64,000 nt of DNA from Chitinophagales bacterium (GTDB lineage Bacteria; Bacteroidota; Bacteroidia; Chitinophagales; UBA10324), in NCBI GenBank assembly GCA_025056305.1, contig JANWWJ010000010.1, positions 3,094 to 67,093 of the forward strand. Reading direction: 5' to 3'. The position numbers and the translations under genes are program-made. Of this stretch, positions 46,296 to 56,034 are shown one piece after another. Within the stretch, counting starts at the first letter, position 1, and each line of letters starts with the position of its first letter. Under the pieces are notes generated by a model. That model was not told the origin of the DNA. It did no database searches and was given only the letters and a program-made list of their open reading frames with translations.

Positions 46296-47771
46296 ATGCA
46301 ACGTTGGCTCGAACAGGAAGTCTTGCCTGCTTATCTGCCTGCCTGTCGCTGGTTTGCCGCTAAGGCAAGGGTGCTGCAATCGGTAAAACTGCTGCATCAT
46401 CTGCCCCTTCCTGCTGCAGGTTGTGCTTTATGGATCGTACAGGCCCAGTTCTCTGATGGTGGCAGCCAGAGCTATTTGCTTCCCGTCCGCTTTACGGCCT
46501 CTGCCGAAGAAGTGCCCCAAAAGGCGGTGATTGGCGCGGGGCCCTCGGGCTGCTGGTCAGATGCGTGTTTTGACGCTGGTTTCCGCAATTTTTTGTTGGA
46601 AGCTATACATCAGAAACAGCGTCTAAAATTCGATGGAGGCGAGTTGCAGTTTAGCGCCGGAAAAATGCTGCTGCCCTACTCTGATCAAACTCGCATTGCT
46701 TCACGGGTTCTTGAGGCTGAACAAAGTAATACAGCCATGATTTACGAACCGGAACAGGCGGGCGACGGCGGCTTTTTTCTCAAGATCTATCGTCGTTTAC
46801 AGGCCCAATTGAATCCAGAGGTAGAGGTTTCGCGCTATCTTACGGAGCAAGCTCGCTTTGGGCATATTCCCCCTTACGCCGGAGCCGTTCATTGGAAGCC
46901 CGTTGCAGGAAAAAGGATGACGCTGGCAATCTTACAAAAGCGCGTCAATGCTCAAGCTGATCTATGGCGCCTCTGGTCAACTTGGCTTTCCAATGGGGGA
47001 CCTTCGCTGCCGGAACCTTTGCTGCTGCAGGCGGCCTTGCTTGCCAAGCGCACTGCAGCATTGCATCAAGCATTAGCGGATTTTGAGGGCCATTCGGCTT
47101 TTTTGCCGGAACCTTTTAATTCCACCTATTGCGCAAGGCTCGTGCGGCGTTGCCGCCAGTCATTACGCCGCGTAGTTCAGTTGCTTCAAGCACGTCAGGA
47201 CCTTTTGCAAGGCTATGCCCGAGACTGGGCTCGCTATTTTTTGACCCACCACCATTTAGCTGAGGGGTTGTTCGGGCACATGCTTACGAAACAACTATTG
47301 AGCTTGCGTATTCGCATCCACGGCGATTACCATTTGGGCCAGGTGCTTTTTGATGGTTCGGATCTGATCATTCTGGATTTTGAAGGAGAACCCGACCAAA
47401 CGCTGCTTCAACGGCGCACCAAGCATTCGCCCTTGAAAGATGTGGCCGGTATGCTTCGCTCCTTTCATTACGTTCTTTGGGCTCCTTACCTCATTCACAA
47501 CACCCTGCCCGACGCTGCGGCACAAATGCACCTGCGCCAGCAATATCAGCAATTAGCCGATTGTTTTCTGCAACACTACTACGCAGCAGGAATTTCAGCG
47601 TTGCAGCGGGCCGATGCATCCGAAATAGAATTTTTATTGCAATTTCATATTATGGAAAAAACTATTTATGAATTGGGTTACGAACTCAACAGCCGCCCCA
47701 CATGGGTAGGCATCCCGTTGCTGGGTGTCGTTTCGCTGCTCGAAACGCTAGCCAACAGCTCCGCCCTTTAA
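46296..47771 (+). CDS. mak: Maltokinase (Mak/Pep2 family)
   Basis: Start placed at ATG 46296 (MQRWLEQEVLPAYLPACRWF). Kinase signature IHGDYHLGQVLFDGSDLIILDFEGEP...SPLKDVAGMLRSFHY is characteristic of maltokinases. Confidence 0.8.
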   Translation: MQRWLEQEVLPAYLPACRWFAAKARVLQSVKLLHHLPLPAAGCALWIVQAQFSDGGSQSYLLPVRFTASAEEVPQKAVIGAGPSGCWSDACFDAGFRNFLLEAIHQKQRLKFDGGELQFSAGKMLLPYSDQTRIASRVLEAEQSNTAMIYEPEQAGDGGFFLKIYRRLQAQLNPEVEVSRYLTEQARFGHIPPYAGAVHWKPVAGKRMTLAILQKRVNAQADLWRLWSTWLSNGGPSLPEPLLLQAALLAKRTAALHQALADFEGHSAFLPEPFNSTYCARLVRRCRQSLRRVVQLLQARQDLLQGYARDWARYFLTHHHLAEGLFGHMLTKQLLSLRIRIHGDYHLGQVLFDGSDLIILDFEGEPDQTLLQRRTKHSPLKDVAGMLRSFHYVLWAPYLIHNTLPDAAAQMHLRQQYQQLADCFLQHYYAAGISALQRADASEIEFLLQFHIMEKTIYELGYELNSRPTWVGIPLLGVVSLLETLANSSAL

Positions 47772-47876
47772 GCCAAACGCAACATGCGTTATCTTCACGG
47801 CCCTTTCTGAGCGGAAATCTGCATTTTCGATGCAACCCCATGCACATTTTTCAGTAAAAAGATAAAACTTATTCTT

Positions 47877-49232
47877 ATGGATACAGTCAAGGCTTCAAAC
47901 GAAACGGAAGCTTTCCTGAAAACCATTCAGGACAAGAATCCGCATGAACCGGAGTTTCTTCAGGCCGTTCAGGAGGTGGCCCAGGACGTGTTGCCCTACA
48001 TTGAAGCACATGCCCGCTACCGCCAGGCACGTATTCTGGAACGCCTTGCCGAGCCCGACCGCATCGTCATTTTTCGCGTCTGCTGGATCGACGATCAGGG
48101 GAATTACCGCATCAACCGCGGCTATCGGGTTCAAATGAATAATGCCCTCGGGCCTTACAAAGGTGGCTTGCGTTTCCATCCTTCCGTCAACTTGAGCATA
48201 TTAAAGTTTTTGGCTTTCGAACAGGTATTTAAAAATGCGCTCACGGGCTTGCCTTTGGGTGGCGGTAAAGGGGGCAGTGATTTTGATCCCAAAGGCAAGT
48301 CGGACAATGAAGTCATGCGCTTTTGTCAAAGTTTTATGACGGAATTGTTCCGCCATATCGGTCCCGACACCGACGTGCCAGCTGGCGACATCGGTGTAGG
48401 AGCCCGTGAAGTAGGCTATCTGTTTGGCCAATACAAACGGCTTCGGAATGAGTTTAGCGGCGTGCTCACCGGTAAGGGCATAGAGTACAGTGGTAGCTTC
48501 ATACGGCCGGAAGCTACGGGCTACGGCTGTGTGTATATGCTCGAGGAAATGCTGCGAACGCGGCAGGAGCAACTGAAAGGGAAGAAGGTAGTCATCAGTG
48601 GTTCGGGCAATGTCGCCCAATATGCCGCTGAGAAAATCATGCAGCTCGGCGGTCGGGTAGTTGCCCTCAGCGATAGCGATGGATTCATCCATGATCCCGA
48701 CGGCTTGGATACGGAAAAATTCAAATATCTTTTATGGCTTAAGAATGAGCAGCGTGGGCGCATCGCCGCATACGCTCGTCAATTCGGCTGTGGCTATTAC
48801 CCGGGAAAAAAGCCGTGGGCCGTGCCCTGCGATATCGCTATTCCTTGTGCAACCCAAAATGAACTCAACGGCGACGACGCCCGCACCCTCACTGACAACG
48901 GCTGCATAGCCGTGGTTGAGGGGGCTAACATGCCGTGCACCCCTGAAGCGGTAGAGTGGTTTTTGCAGAAAAAAATCTTATATGCCCCTGGCAAGGCCAG
49001 CAATGCTGGTGGGGTGGCCGTTTCAGGCCTGGAAATGAGTCAAAATTCCTTGCGCCTTCGTTGGACCCGTGAAGAGGTAGATGAGCGTCTGCGCAGCATC
49101 ATGCGGCAGATCCATGAAACGTGCCTACGCTTTGGCCGCATGGAAGATGGTTCGGTAAACTATGTCAAGGGCGCTAACATCGGTGGCTTTGTGCGTGTAG
49201 CCGATGCCATGCTGGCTCAAGGATTGGTATAA
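47877..49232 (+). CDS. gdhA: NADP-specific glutamate dehydrogenase
   Basis: 451 aa. KGGLRFHPSVNLSILKFLAFEQVFKNALTGLPLGGGKGGSDFDPKGKS and GSGNVAQYAAEK motifs. Confidence 0.97.
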   Translation: MDTVKASNETEAFLKTIQDKNPHEPEFLQAVQEVAQDVLPYIEAHARYRQARILERLAEPDRIVIFRVCWIDDQGNYRINRGYRVQMNNALGPYKGGLRFHPSVNLSILKFLAFEQVFKNALTGLPLGGGKGGSDFDPKGKSDNEVMRFCQSFMTELFRHIGPDTDVPAGDIGVGAREVGYLFGQYKRLRNEFSGVLTGKGIEYSGSFIRPEATGYGCVYMLEEMLRTRQEQLKGKKVVISGSGNVAQYAAEKIMQLGGRVVALSDSDGFIHDPDGLDTEKFKYLLWLKNEQRGRIAAYARQFGCGYYPGKKPWAVPCDIAIPCATQNELNGDDARTLTDNGCIAVVEGANMPCTPEAVEWFLQKKILYAPGKASNAGGVAVSGLEMSQNSLRLRWTREEVDERLRSIMRQIHETCLRFGRMEDGSVNYVKGANIGGFVRVADAMLAQGLV

Positions 49233-49256
49233 CAGCTGCCCAACGCGATGGCTACG

Positions 49257-49934
49257 TCAGGCAGCCGACGTTAAAGGCTGCTGAATGGCTTGCCAACGAC
49301 GTTGGTGGCGGCGCTGGGTACACACACGCACCCAGAGGCGCACATACCATGGCACTCTTTCGTATAGCAGCCGCCGCTCAGAATCGGACAAAACATCATG
49401 TACCCATGGAACAAACAGTGCCTGATAGCTTAAAGGAGCACGCTGGCGAAGGCGCCGATCCAGCCTCAGCTGTTCAGAATGCGATACTTGCTTTTCTACC
49501 ATTTGGCAAATCAGTTCCTCTTCATGTTTGATGTGCTGATGGAACTGTTGCGCCAACAGAATCATGCGCTCCTGCAAGAGTGGCTGTACATCAGCTGCTG
49601 CTTGCGTCAGTGCACGCAAAAGCAGGCCATCCATCTCATCCAGCAAAAATTGCAGATGCTGATGCTCTGTTTCGATCGCTTCAATTTCCTCAGAAGGCAA
49701 GCCAATACGTCGCTCCAGCTCCTGAAAGAGAAAATGATCCTCAGCCTGATGGTGTTTGTCCAGAAGGGAGCGGAAATGCCTGAACCACTGATGTAAGGCC
49801 TTGAGTTCAGCTTTGCGGTATTTGTCCAGATTGATTATTTGTTGCTGCAGCAGGCTTAGATCGCGCATCAACGCACGGTGGCCATAAAAAGGTGTTTGTA
49901 GCGCAAACGATGTAGCAGAGTAATCAATTCTCAT
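49257..49934 (-). CDS. Hemerythrin-like (HHE cation-binding) domain protein
   Basis: Start moved to ATG 49934 because a -7 motif overlaps the longer start. His/Glu pairs DKHHQAEDHFLF, ETEHQHL, HIKHEEE fit hemerythrin-type metal ligands. Confidence 0.6.
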   Translation of the reverse strand: MRIDYSATSFALQTPFYGHRALMRDLSLLQQQIINLDKYRKAELKALHQWFRHFRSLLDKHHQAEDHFLFQELERRIGLPSEEIEAIETEHQHLQFLLDEMDGLLLRALTQAAADVQPLLQERMILLAQQFHQHIKHEEELICQMVEKQVSHSEQLRLDRRLRQRAPLSYQALFVPWVHDVLSDSERRLLYERVPWYVRLWVRVCTQRRHQRRWQAIQQPLTSAA

Positions 49935-49946
49935 GGTACCCCCTAA

Positions 49947-49954
49947 CAAAAGTA
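49947..49954 (-). promoter_or_regulatory. Candidate -7 promoter element TACTTTTG for the hemerythrin-like gene
   Basis: Plus strand CAAAAGTA. It lies 12 nt upstream of ATG 49934. Confidence 0.3.
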
Positions 49955-50039
49955 CAATATGAGGCGGGGGATCGTTCAGGGGTCCTCCTTGCCATGTATG
50001 TCAGGGTCTAAGCGTTTTTCGTTTGAAAAGACTAAAGGT

Positions 50040-50047
50040 TAGCTTTG
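50040..50047 (+). promoter_or_regulatory. Candidate -7 promoter element TAGCTTTG for the esterase gene (would give a near-leaderless mRNA)
   Basis: Exact TAnnTTTG match ending 4 nt before ATG 50052. Confidence 0.3.
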
Positions 50048-50051
50048 ACTC

Positions 50052-51440
50052 ATGCGACTGTGGTTGATTGGTTTGGCTGTTGCCTGCAGCCTTCAGCTTT
50101 CTGCTGCTACCGTAGTAATACGGGTAGTTTCCATGCCGTCCAACACCCCACCGGCCGATCCGATTTACATTGCCGGCACGTTTAATGGATGGAATCCCGC
50201 ACATTCTTCCTACAAGCTTGCGCTCATCAATGGAGTTCCTACCATCACTCTTCAGGGAAATGGAACCATAGAGTTTAAGTTTACCCGAGGCTCATGGGCT
50301 AAAGTGGAATGCAAGGCTGATGGGTCGTTTCTTCCCAACCGCACTTTCACCTTTGGCTCAGCCGATACGCTTGAACTTTCCATCGCCGCATGGGAAGATC
50401 TCATAAGTGGCAACACCTCCACTGCCTTGCCCAACGTGATTTTGCTTTCCGACAGCTTTTACATGCCTCAGCTCAATCGCTACCGTACCATCTGGTTGTA
50501 TTTGCCCGACGACTATCACACCGCCCCTTCAAAATATTACCCGGTGTTTTATTTGCAAGATGGTCAGAATGTTTTTGACGCTGCTACTTCTTTTGCCGGC
50601 GAATGGCAGGTGGACGAAACCCTGCATGCCCTGCAGCAAGCCGGTGATTGGGGGTGTATCGTAGTCGCTATCGCTAACGACGGCCAGCATCGAATTGATG
50701 AATACGCTCCGTTCGTAAATCCTGCTTATGGCGGTGGCGAAGGTGATGCTTACCTTGACTTTATTGTGCAAACGCTCAAGCCTTATATAGATGCTAATTA
50801 TCGCACGATGCCAACTCGCGATTACACAGCCATCGGTGGCAGCTCTATGGGCGGTCTCATCGCATTTTACGCTGCCCTGCGTCACGATGACGTTTTTGGA
50901 AAGGCAGCTGTTTTTTCTCCTTCCTTTTGGTTTGATGATTCTTTGCTTATCTACACAGCAGCGCATCAGAAGCAATGGCCGTTGCGGCTTCGCTTTGTTG
51001 CTGGCTATAGCGAAAGTGCCTCCATGGTGCCCAACATCCGTAACATCTATAAGCTTCTGGTGCAAGCCGGTTATGGCAGCCATGAAATAGACACTTCTTT
51101 TCACATAGACGGTCAGCATGTCGAATGGTTCTGGGCACGCGAATTCGGACCAGCCTACCAATGGTTGTTTTCCAATCTGGGAGCTGCACCCGAGCCGGAA
51201 ATATCTCAAATAGTGATCTATCCACAGCCTGCCCATGACGTGGTGATGCTCGGAGGTCCTTTTCTAAAGGGCCAGCCCCTTGACATACACCTTTTCGACA
51301 GCACGGGGGCCTTGCTTTGGTCCACATGGATCAGAGCCGGTCAGCCTTTAAGCATAAGTCATTTGCCGGCAGGAAGCTATCTCATTCACATAAGGCATGA
51401 AACGCGACGCTATGCGGCTTCGCTTCGCATTGCCAGATGA
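50052..51440 (+). CDS. Secreted esterase (esterase D/enterochelin-esterase-like alpha/beta hydrolase) with N-terminal CBM48/E-set-like domain and T9SS C-terminal sorting domain
   Basis: Signal peptide MRLWLIGLAVACSLQLSA. IYIAGTFNGWNP...FKFTRGSW is a glycogen/starch-binding-like module. YPVFYLQDGQNVFD and nucleophile elbow GGSSMGG. C-terminus IVIYPQPAHDVVML...GSYLIHI. Confidence 0.8.
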   Translation: MRLWLIGLAVACSLQLSAATVVIRVVSMPSNTPPADPIYIAGTFNGWNPAHSSYKLALINGVPTITLQGNGTIEFKFTRGSWAKVECKADGSFLPNRTFTFGSADTLELSIAAWEDLISGNTSTALPNVILLSDSFYMPQLNRYRTIWLYLPDDYHTAPSKYYPVFYLQDGQNVFDAATSFAGEWQVDETLHALQQAGDWGCIVVAIANDGQHRIDEYAPFVNPAYGGGEGDAYLDFIVQTLKPYIDANYRTMPTRDYTAIGGSSMGGLIAFYAALRHDDVFGKAAVFSPSFWFDDSLLIYTAAHQKQWPLRLRFVAGYSESASMVPNIRNIYKLLVQAGYGSHEIDTSFHIDGQHVEWFWAREFGPAYQWLFSNLGAAPEPEISQIVIYPQPAHDVVMLGGPFLKGQPLDIHLFDSTGALLWSTWIRAGQPLSISHLPAGSYLIHIRHETRRYAASLRIAR

Positions 51441-51461
51441 TCAATTCCAAAAGGATCATCT
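51435..51461. terminator. 8-bp hairpin (AGATGATC / GATCATCT, 11-nt loop) spanning both stop codons of convergent genes
   Basis: Read directly. It covers the TGA of the esterase gene (51438-51440) and the stop of rodA (51456-51458). No U-tract. Confidence 0.35.
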
Positions 51462-52721
51462 GAGTATGGCCAATCGGTCGCCGTCTAACTTGATCAGGAT
51501 AAAAACAAGAATAGTAAACGAGACCAGCGAAGATCCCCCGTAGCTGACATACGGCAGGGGAATTCCGATGACGGGCATAAGCCCTATGGTCATGCCAATA
51601 TTGATGACCACATGAAAAAACAAGACGGCCGCCACGCAATAAGCATAAATCATCGAAAAGCGTGAACGCTGGCGCTGCGCCAGATATATAATTCGCAGGA
51701 TGGTTGCCAAAAAGAGCAAGAGCAGCAACGTGCTGCCCCAAAAGCCAAACTCTTCCCCTATGGTACAAAAAATAAAGTCGGTGCTTTGTTCTGGAACGAA
51801 ATTGTAGCGGGTAAGGGTGCCTTGCAAAAATCCCTTACCCCAAAAACCGCCTGAACCGATAGCAATCTTAGATTGGCGGACGTTGTAATCGGCATCCTGA
51901 GCACTGGCTTGTTGCCCTAAAAGCACCCGAATGCGATCCTGCTGATGTGGTTCCAATAAATATTCAAAAACATAATGAGAAGCAAAAACGTAACCTAAGG
52001 ACAACAACAAGGTCAGTATCGTGGTAAGGGTCAAGCTTTTATTTTTTCGAAACAGGAAGATGACCAGTGCACCCAACCCAAAAAGTATTAAAATGAGGGT
52101 CGTTTGATTTACTACTATAGTTAACAAGGTAAGCAAGAGAAAAAGAAATACGGCAAGCATATAGAATGGTGACATTCCGAAACGGTACAAGACCAGGGCA
52201 AAAGAGGCAAAAACGATAGCTGAGCCGGCATCACCTTGCAACAACACCAGCACGGCGGGCAAACCTAAAATAAGTAAGGCCGCAACCTGCATGGACAGCT
52301 TGCGGATGTTGAAGTTTTGGCTGCCCATCAGCTTAGCCAGAGCCAACGCTGTAGCGAACTTGGCAAACTCACTGGGTTGAATGCGCACGGGACCCAACGC
52401 CAACCAGTTGGTGTCCCCCCTGACGGTAATTCCATAGACGAATACCAAAATCAGCAATAACATCATCAATGCATAGACTGGATACGCAAATACCGTAAAA
52501 ACCTTGGAGTCCATAAGTACGATAATTCCTGCCACGACAAGGCTGATCAGAATCCAAATCATTTGCCTGCCGTGCATTTGGGTGAGGTCAAAAAAGCGAG
52601 AGCCTTCTCCTGCAGTGGTGGAATAAACAGCCAATAGACCCACCAGCATGAGGGCCAACACCAAACTGATCAGCATCCAGTCGATGCCTTGATTGGGGCG
52701 GCGTGCGGCGTGGTATGTCAT
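51456..52721 (-). CDS. rodA: Peptidoglycan glycosyltransferase RodA (FtsW/RodA/SpoVE family)
   Basis: 421 aa, polytopic. QPSEFAKF and GLMPVIGIPLPYVSYGGSS motifs. 4-nt overlap with mrdA. Confidence 0.9.
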   Translation of the reverse strand: MTYHAARRPNQGIDWMLISLVLALMLVGLLAVYSTTAGEGSRFFDLTQMHGRQMIWILISLVVAGIIVLMDSKVFTVFAYPVYALMMLLLILVFVYGITVRGDTNWLALGPVRIQPSEFAKFATALALAKLMGSQNFNIRKLSMQVAALLILGLPAVLVLLQGDAGSAIVFASFALVLYRFGMSPFYMLAVFLFLLLTLLTIVVNQTTLILILFGLGALVIFLFRKNKSLTLTTILTLLLSLGYVFASHYVFEYLLEPHQQDRIRVLLGQQASAQDADYNVRQSKIAIGSGGFWGKGFLQGTLTRYNFVPEQSTDFIFCTIGEEFGFWGSTLLLLLFLATILRIIYLAQRQRSRFSMIYAYCVAAVLFFHVVINIGMTIGLMPVIGIPLPYVSYGGSSLVSFTILVFILIKLDGDRLAILR

Positions 52722-54538
52722 GGGATCAAATCAGCCTCCAGCATGCGCTGCTCGAGGTAGCGGCGCTGAAAAGCTATCGTGTCGTTCAAATATTTTTCCA
52801 TCATTAAGCTGGCTATGGGAGCAGCGAAGGAAGCACCCCAGCCTGCATTTTCCACCACCACCGCAATGGCAATGCGCGGCGAATCTACCGGCGCAAAACC
52901 GATGAACAACGAATGATCGCGCCCATGCGGATTTTCGGCAGTTCCGGTCTTTCCCGCTGAACTAACACCCGGGATGCGCACCCATCGGCCTGTTCCAGCT
53001 TCCATGACCTGAAACATCCCTCGGCGCAGGGCATTTACATGAGCAGTATCCAGATCCATGACGTGGCGTACAACTGTGGGTAGTCGTCTTTCCTGCGACC
53101 CTTGAACGCTACGGACAACGTGAGGCGTGTACCACCAGCCTCCGTTGGCCAAAGCGGCCGTCATGTTGGCAAGCTGCAAAGGGGTCATGCCTAATTCCCC
53201 TTGTCCGATTCCCAGAGAAATTACAGTCACTGAATTCCATCTGTTTTTTCCATATAACTTATTGTAATAGTCCGATCCCGGAACAAACCCATAACCTTCG
53301 TTGGGTAAATCGATGCCGGTGCGCTCGCCAATTCCTAATGTGGCAAGGATGGCTTTCCATTGATCCAAGCCTTGGGCAACATGGGCAAACCGACGGTCAT
53401 CAACAGTTTTGCGGAAAATATGACAGAAATAACTGTTGCATGAGTGTTGAATAGCTGTAGCTACATCGGGAACGTACCCTGAATGGTGACAAGTTACGCT
53501 CAACGTGCCTACCACATAAGCTCCTGGGCAGGTGTACTCAGTAGTTGAGGTGATGCTTCCGATTTTGAGGGCTGTGAGGGCCATGGCAGGCTTGAAGGTG
53601 GAACCCGGCGGATAAGCGGCCTTCAGAGGTCGGACAAAGAGCGGCCGCAAACTGTCGGTAGCTAAACGCTGGAAATTGCGGGTTCGTTCCATGCCGGTCA
53701 GTAATGCGGGATCGTAATTGGGGCTGCTCACCAGGGCCAGCACTTCCCCTGTGGAAGGCTCAAGCGCTACAATGCTACCGATCTTGTTTTGCATGAGCAA
53801 CTCACCATATTGTTGCAGCTCAATATCAATAGTGGAGATCAGATTGGCACCCGGAATGGCTGCTGTGTCGTAACGCCCTTCGGCAAATGAGCCTTGCTCC
53901 CGGTTATGAACATCAACCAGTACAAAGCGAGAACCTTTGCGGCCACGCAGGACGTTTTCGTAGGAGTGCTCAATACCGCTGATACCGATGTAATCGCCCA
54001 TCCGATAATAACCGCCTCCTTGTTCGATATGACGTTGGTTCACCTCCCCGATGTAGCCTAATAAATGTGCGGCTGCCTTGTAAGGATAGGAGCGAATGGT
54101 GCGTACCTGGCCAAAAAAGCCAGGGTATAGATACAGCTCCTCCTGAACGGCAGCATATTTTTCTACCGATAGGCCCTTGAGCAGCAACGAAGGCTTGTAC
54201 CGGGAATAAGCTGCAGCCTTGAGCAAGTTTTGCCGAAGCAAGCTATCGCTGATGCCTACCAAAGCACAGAATGCAGCGGTATCAAATGCCGTAACCTGTG
54301 AAGGAACAACCCATAAATCATATTCATTTTGATTATCGACGATGAGTCGTCCTTTCCGGTCAAAAATCAAGCCTCTTGGCGCAAATACCGTAACCTCACG
54401 AAGCACGTTGTTGCGTGCCAGCTGTTGGTAGTTTTTGCTTAATACCTGAATCTGAAACAACCGCAACACATAAACAATAATTACCGCAATGACCACATAT
54501 TGAATTACCCAACGCCGGTTCTGGTAGACATCCGTCAT
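52718..54538 (-). CDS. mrdA: Penicillin-binding protein 2 (elongasome transpeptidase)
   Basis: Start placed at ATG 54538 (MTDVYQNRRW, followed by a TM segment). Transpeptidase motifs STFKP (SxxK), HSCNSYF (SxN), KTGTA. Confidence 0.9.
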   Translation of the reverse strand: MTDVYQNRRWVIQYVVIAVIIVYVLRLFQIQVLSKNYQQLARNNVLREVTVFAPRGLIFDRKGRLIVDNQNEYDLWVVPSQVTAFDTAAFCALVGISDSLLRQNLLKAAAYSRYKPSLLLKGLSVEKYAAVQEELYLYPGFFGQVRTIRSYPYKAAAHLLGYIGEVNQRHIEQGGGYYRMGDYIGISGIEHSYENVLRGRKGSRFVLVDVHNREQGSFAEGRYDTAAIPGANLISTIDIELQQYGELLMQNKIGSIVALEPSTGEVLALVSSPNYDPALLTGMERTRNFQRLATDSLRPLFVRPLKAAYPPGSTFKPAMALTALKIGSITSTTEYTCPGAYVVGTLSVTCHHSGYVPDVATAIQHSCNSYFCHIFRKTVDDRRFAHVAQGLDQWKAILATLGIGERTGIDLPNEGYGFVPGSDYYNKLYGKNRWNSVTVISLGIGQGELGMTPLQLANMTAALANGGWWYTPHVVRSVQGSQERRLPTVVRHVMDLDTAHVNALRRGMFQVMEAGTGRWVRIPGVSSAGKTGTAENPHGRDHSLFIGFAPVDSPRIAIAVVVENAGWGASFAAPIASLMMEKYLNDTIAFQRRYLEQRMLEADLIP

Positions 54539-54627
54539 AACGCCGTGCTGCCATAGCAAAGTTGCTGGTTGGTTTTGTACTCATGCAAGAGCGGCGCCAT
54601 GTATCTTCAATGCCCAAAGGCGCCACC

Positions 54628-55896
54628 ATGCAACGGGACCACAGGGTATTTGAATTGTTGCAGCTCGAGATGCAACGGCAGCAACGAGGATTGGAACTTA
54701 TTGCGTCGGAAAATTTCGTCAGCCGCCAAGTTTTAGAAGCGATGGGCAGCGTGCTCACCAACAAGTATGCTGAGGGCTATCCAGGACGGCGCTATTACGG
54801 CGGCTGTCACGTCATCGATCAGGTAGAACAGCTGGCCATCGATCGACTCAGGCAGCTCTTTGGTGCTGCATATGCAAATGTGCAACCTCATTCCGGAGCT
54901 CAGGCAAACATGGCTGTATATTATGCTTTATTGCGCCCCGGTGATAAAATTTTGGGCCTAAACCTCTCGCATGGGGGGCATCTTACTCATGGTTCTCCGG
55001 TAAGCATTTCGGGTTCTTGGTTTCAACCGGTTTTTTACGGCGTAGATCGGGAATCAGGGCGCATTAACATGGATGAAGTCGAACGTATTGCTCATCAGGA
55101 AAAACCTAAACTGATCATTTGTGGAGCCTCTGCTTATTCGCGTGACTGGGATTATGCGCGTTTTCGCCAAATCGCCGATGCCGTAGGGGCTTTCTTGATG
55201 TGCGACATGGCCCATCCGGCAGGTCTGATCGCTTCCGGCTTGTTGACTAATCCCTTGCCTTTTTGCCATGTTGTGACTTCCACGACGCACAAAACCCTGC
55301 GTGGGCCGCGTGGAGGCATTATTCTATTGGGAAATGATTTTGATAATCCATTCGGGTTAAAAACCCCCAAAGGAGAAATCCGTAAGATGAGCAACGTCAT
55401 TGATAGTGCTGTATTCCCAGGCATCCAGGGCGGGCCCCTTGAGCATGTTATTGCCGCAAAGGCTGTGGCTTTTGGTGAGGCGCTTACAGAAGAATTCCGA
55501 CAATATTGTCAGCAAGTCATCAAAAATGCGAGGGCCATGGCCAAGGCTTTTATTGAATTGGGCTATCATATCGTTTCCGGTGGCACTGACAACCATTTAA
55601 TGCTCATAGACCTGCGCAATAAGAATATCACTGGAAAGAGGGCAGAACAGTTGCTGGAACAGGCCGATATCACTGTAAACAAAAACATGGTGCCTTTTGA
55701 CGATAAATCTCCTTTTATAACCTCCGGTATTCGGGTAGGAACGGCCGCTGTGACCACCCGTGGCATGACCGAGCCAGAAATGGAGCTCATAGTAACTCTG
55801 ATTGATGAGGTTTTAAGAAAGGGAGAAGATACTCATGTACTAAATTCTATACGAGAAAAAGTGAATAAGCTGACAAGCCAATTTCCCTTGTATTGA
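54628..55896 (+). CDS. glyA: Serine hydroxymethyltransferase
   Basis: Start placed at ATG 54628 ([11 protein letters not shown]). Motifs [32 protein letters not shown] (PLP lysine). Confidence 0.97.
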   Translation: MQRDHRVFELLQLEMQRQQRGLELIASENFVSRQVLEAMGSVLTNKYAEGYPGRRYYGGCHVIDQVEQLAIDRLRQLFGAAYANVQPHSGAQANMAVYYALLRPGDKILGLNLSHGGHLTHGSPVSISGSWFQPVFYGVDRESGRINMDEVERIAHQEKPKLIICGASAYSRDWDYARFRQIADAVGAFLMCDMAHPAGLIASGLLTNPLPFCHVVTSTTHKTLRGPRGGIILLGNDFDNPFGLKTPKGEIRKMSNVIDSAVFPGIQGGPLEHVIAAKAVAFGEALTEEFRQYCQQVIKNARAMAKAFIELGYHIVSGGTDNHLMLIDLRNKNITGKRAEQLLEQADITVNKNMVPFDDKSPFITSGIRVGTAAVTTRGMTEPEMELIVTLIDEVLRKGEDTHVLNSIREKVNKLTSQFPLY

Positions 55897-56034
55897 TATA
55901 GTGTTTCGTAAGTCGTTAAATATTAGTTACTTATTCGAATGAAGGCATTAAGATTTGGCCTGTAACTTTTCCACATTGTTGTCGTAAAATCTACCGCTTT
56001 TTAGGTAGATCTCTTCACCTTAAATAGGTAGCCT

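Noticed and set aside
45321-46400. 359-aa ORF on the minus strand spanning the glgE 3' half, the glgE-mak spacer and the mak 5' end
   Set aside because: It is fully antisense to two genes with strong family motifs (GlgE GH13 motifs, maltokinase kinase signature). Its translation has no recognisable motif and a low-complexity, Cys/Phe/Ile-rich composition typical of shadow ORFs. The length is notable, but I see no independent support.
50529-51236. 235-aa minus-strand ORF inside the esterase gene
   Set aside because: It is antisense to a CDS with a clear GxSxG esterase core and a T9SS tail, and it has no motifs of its own.
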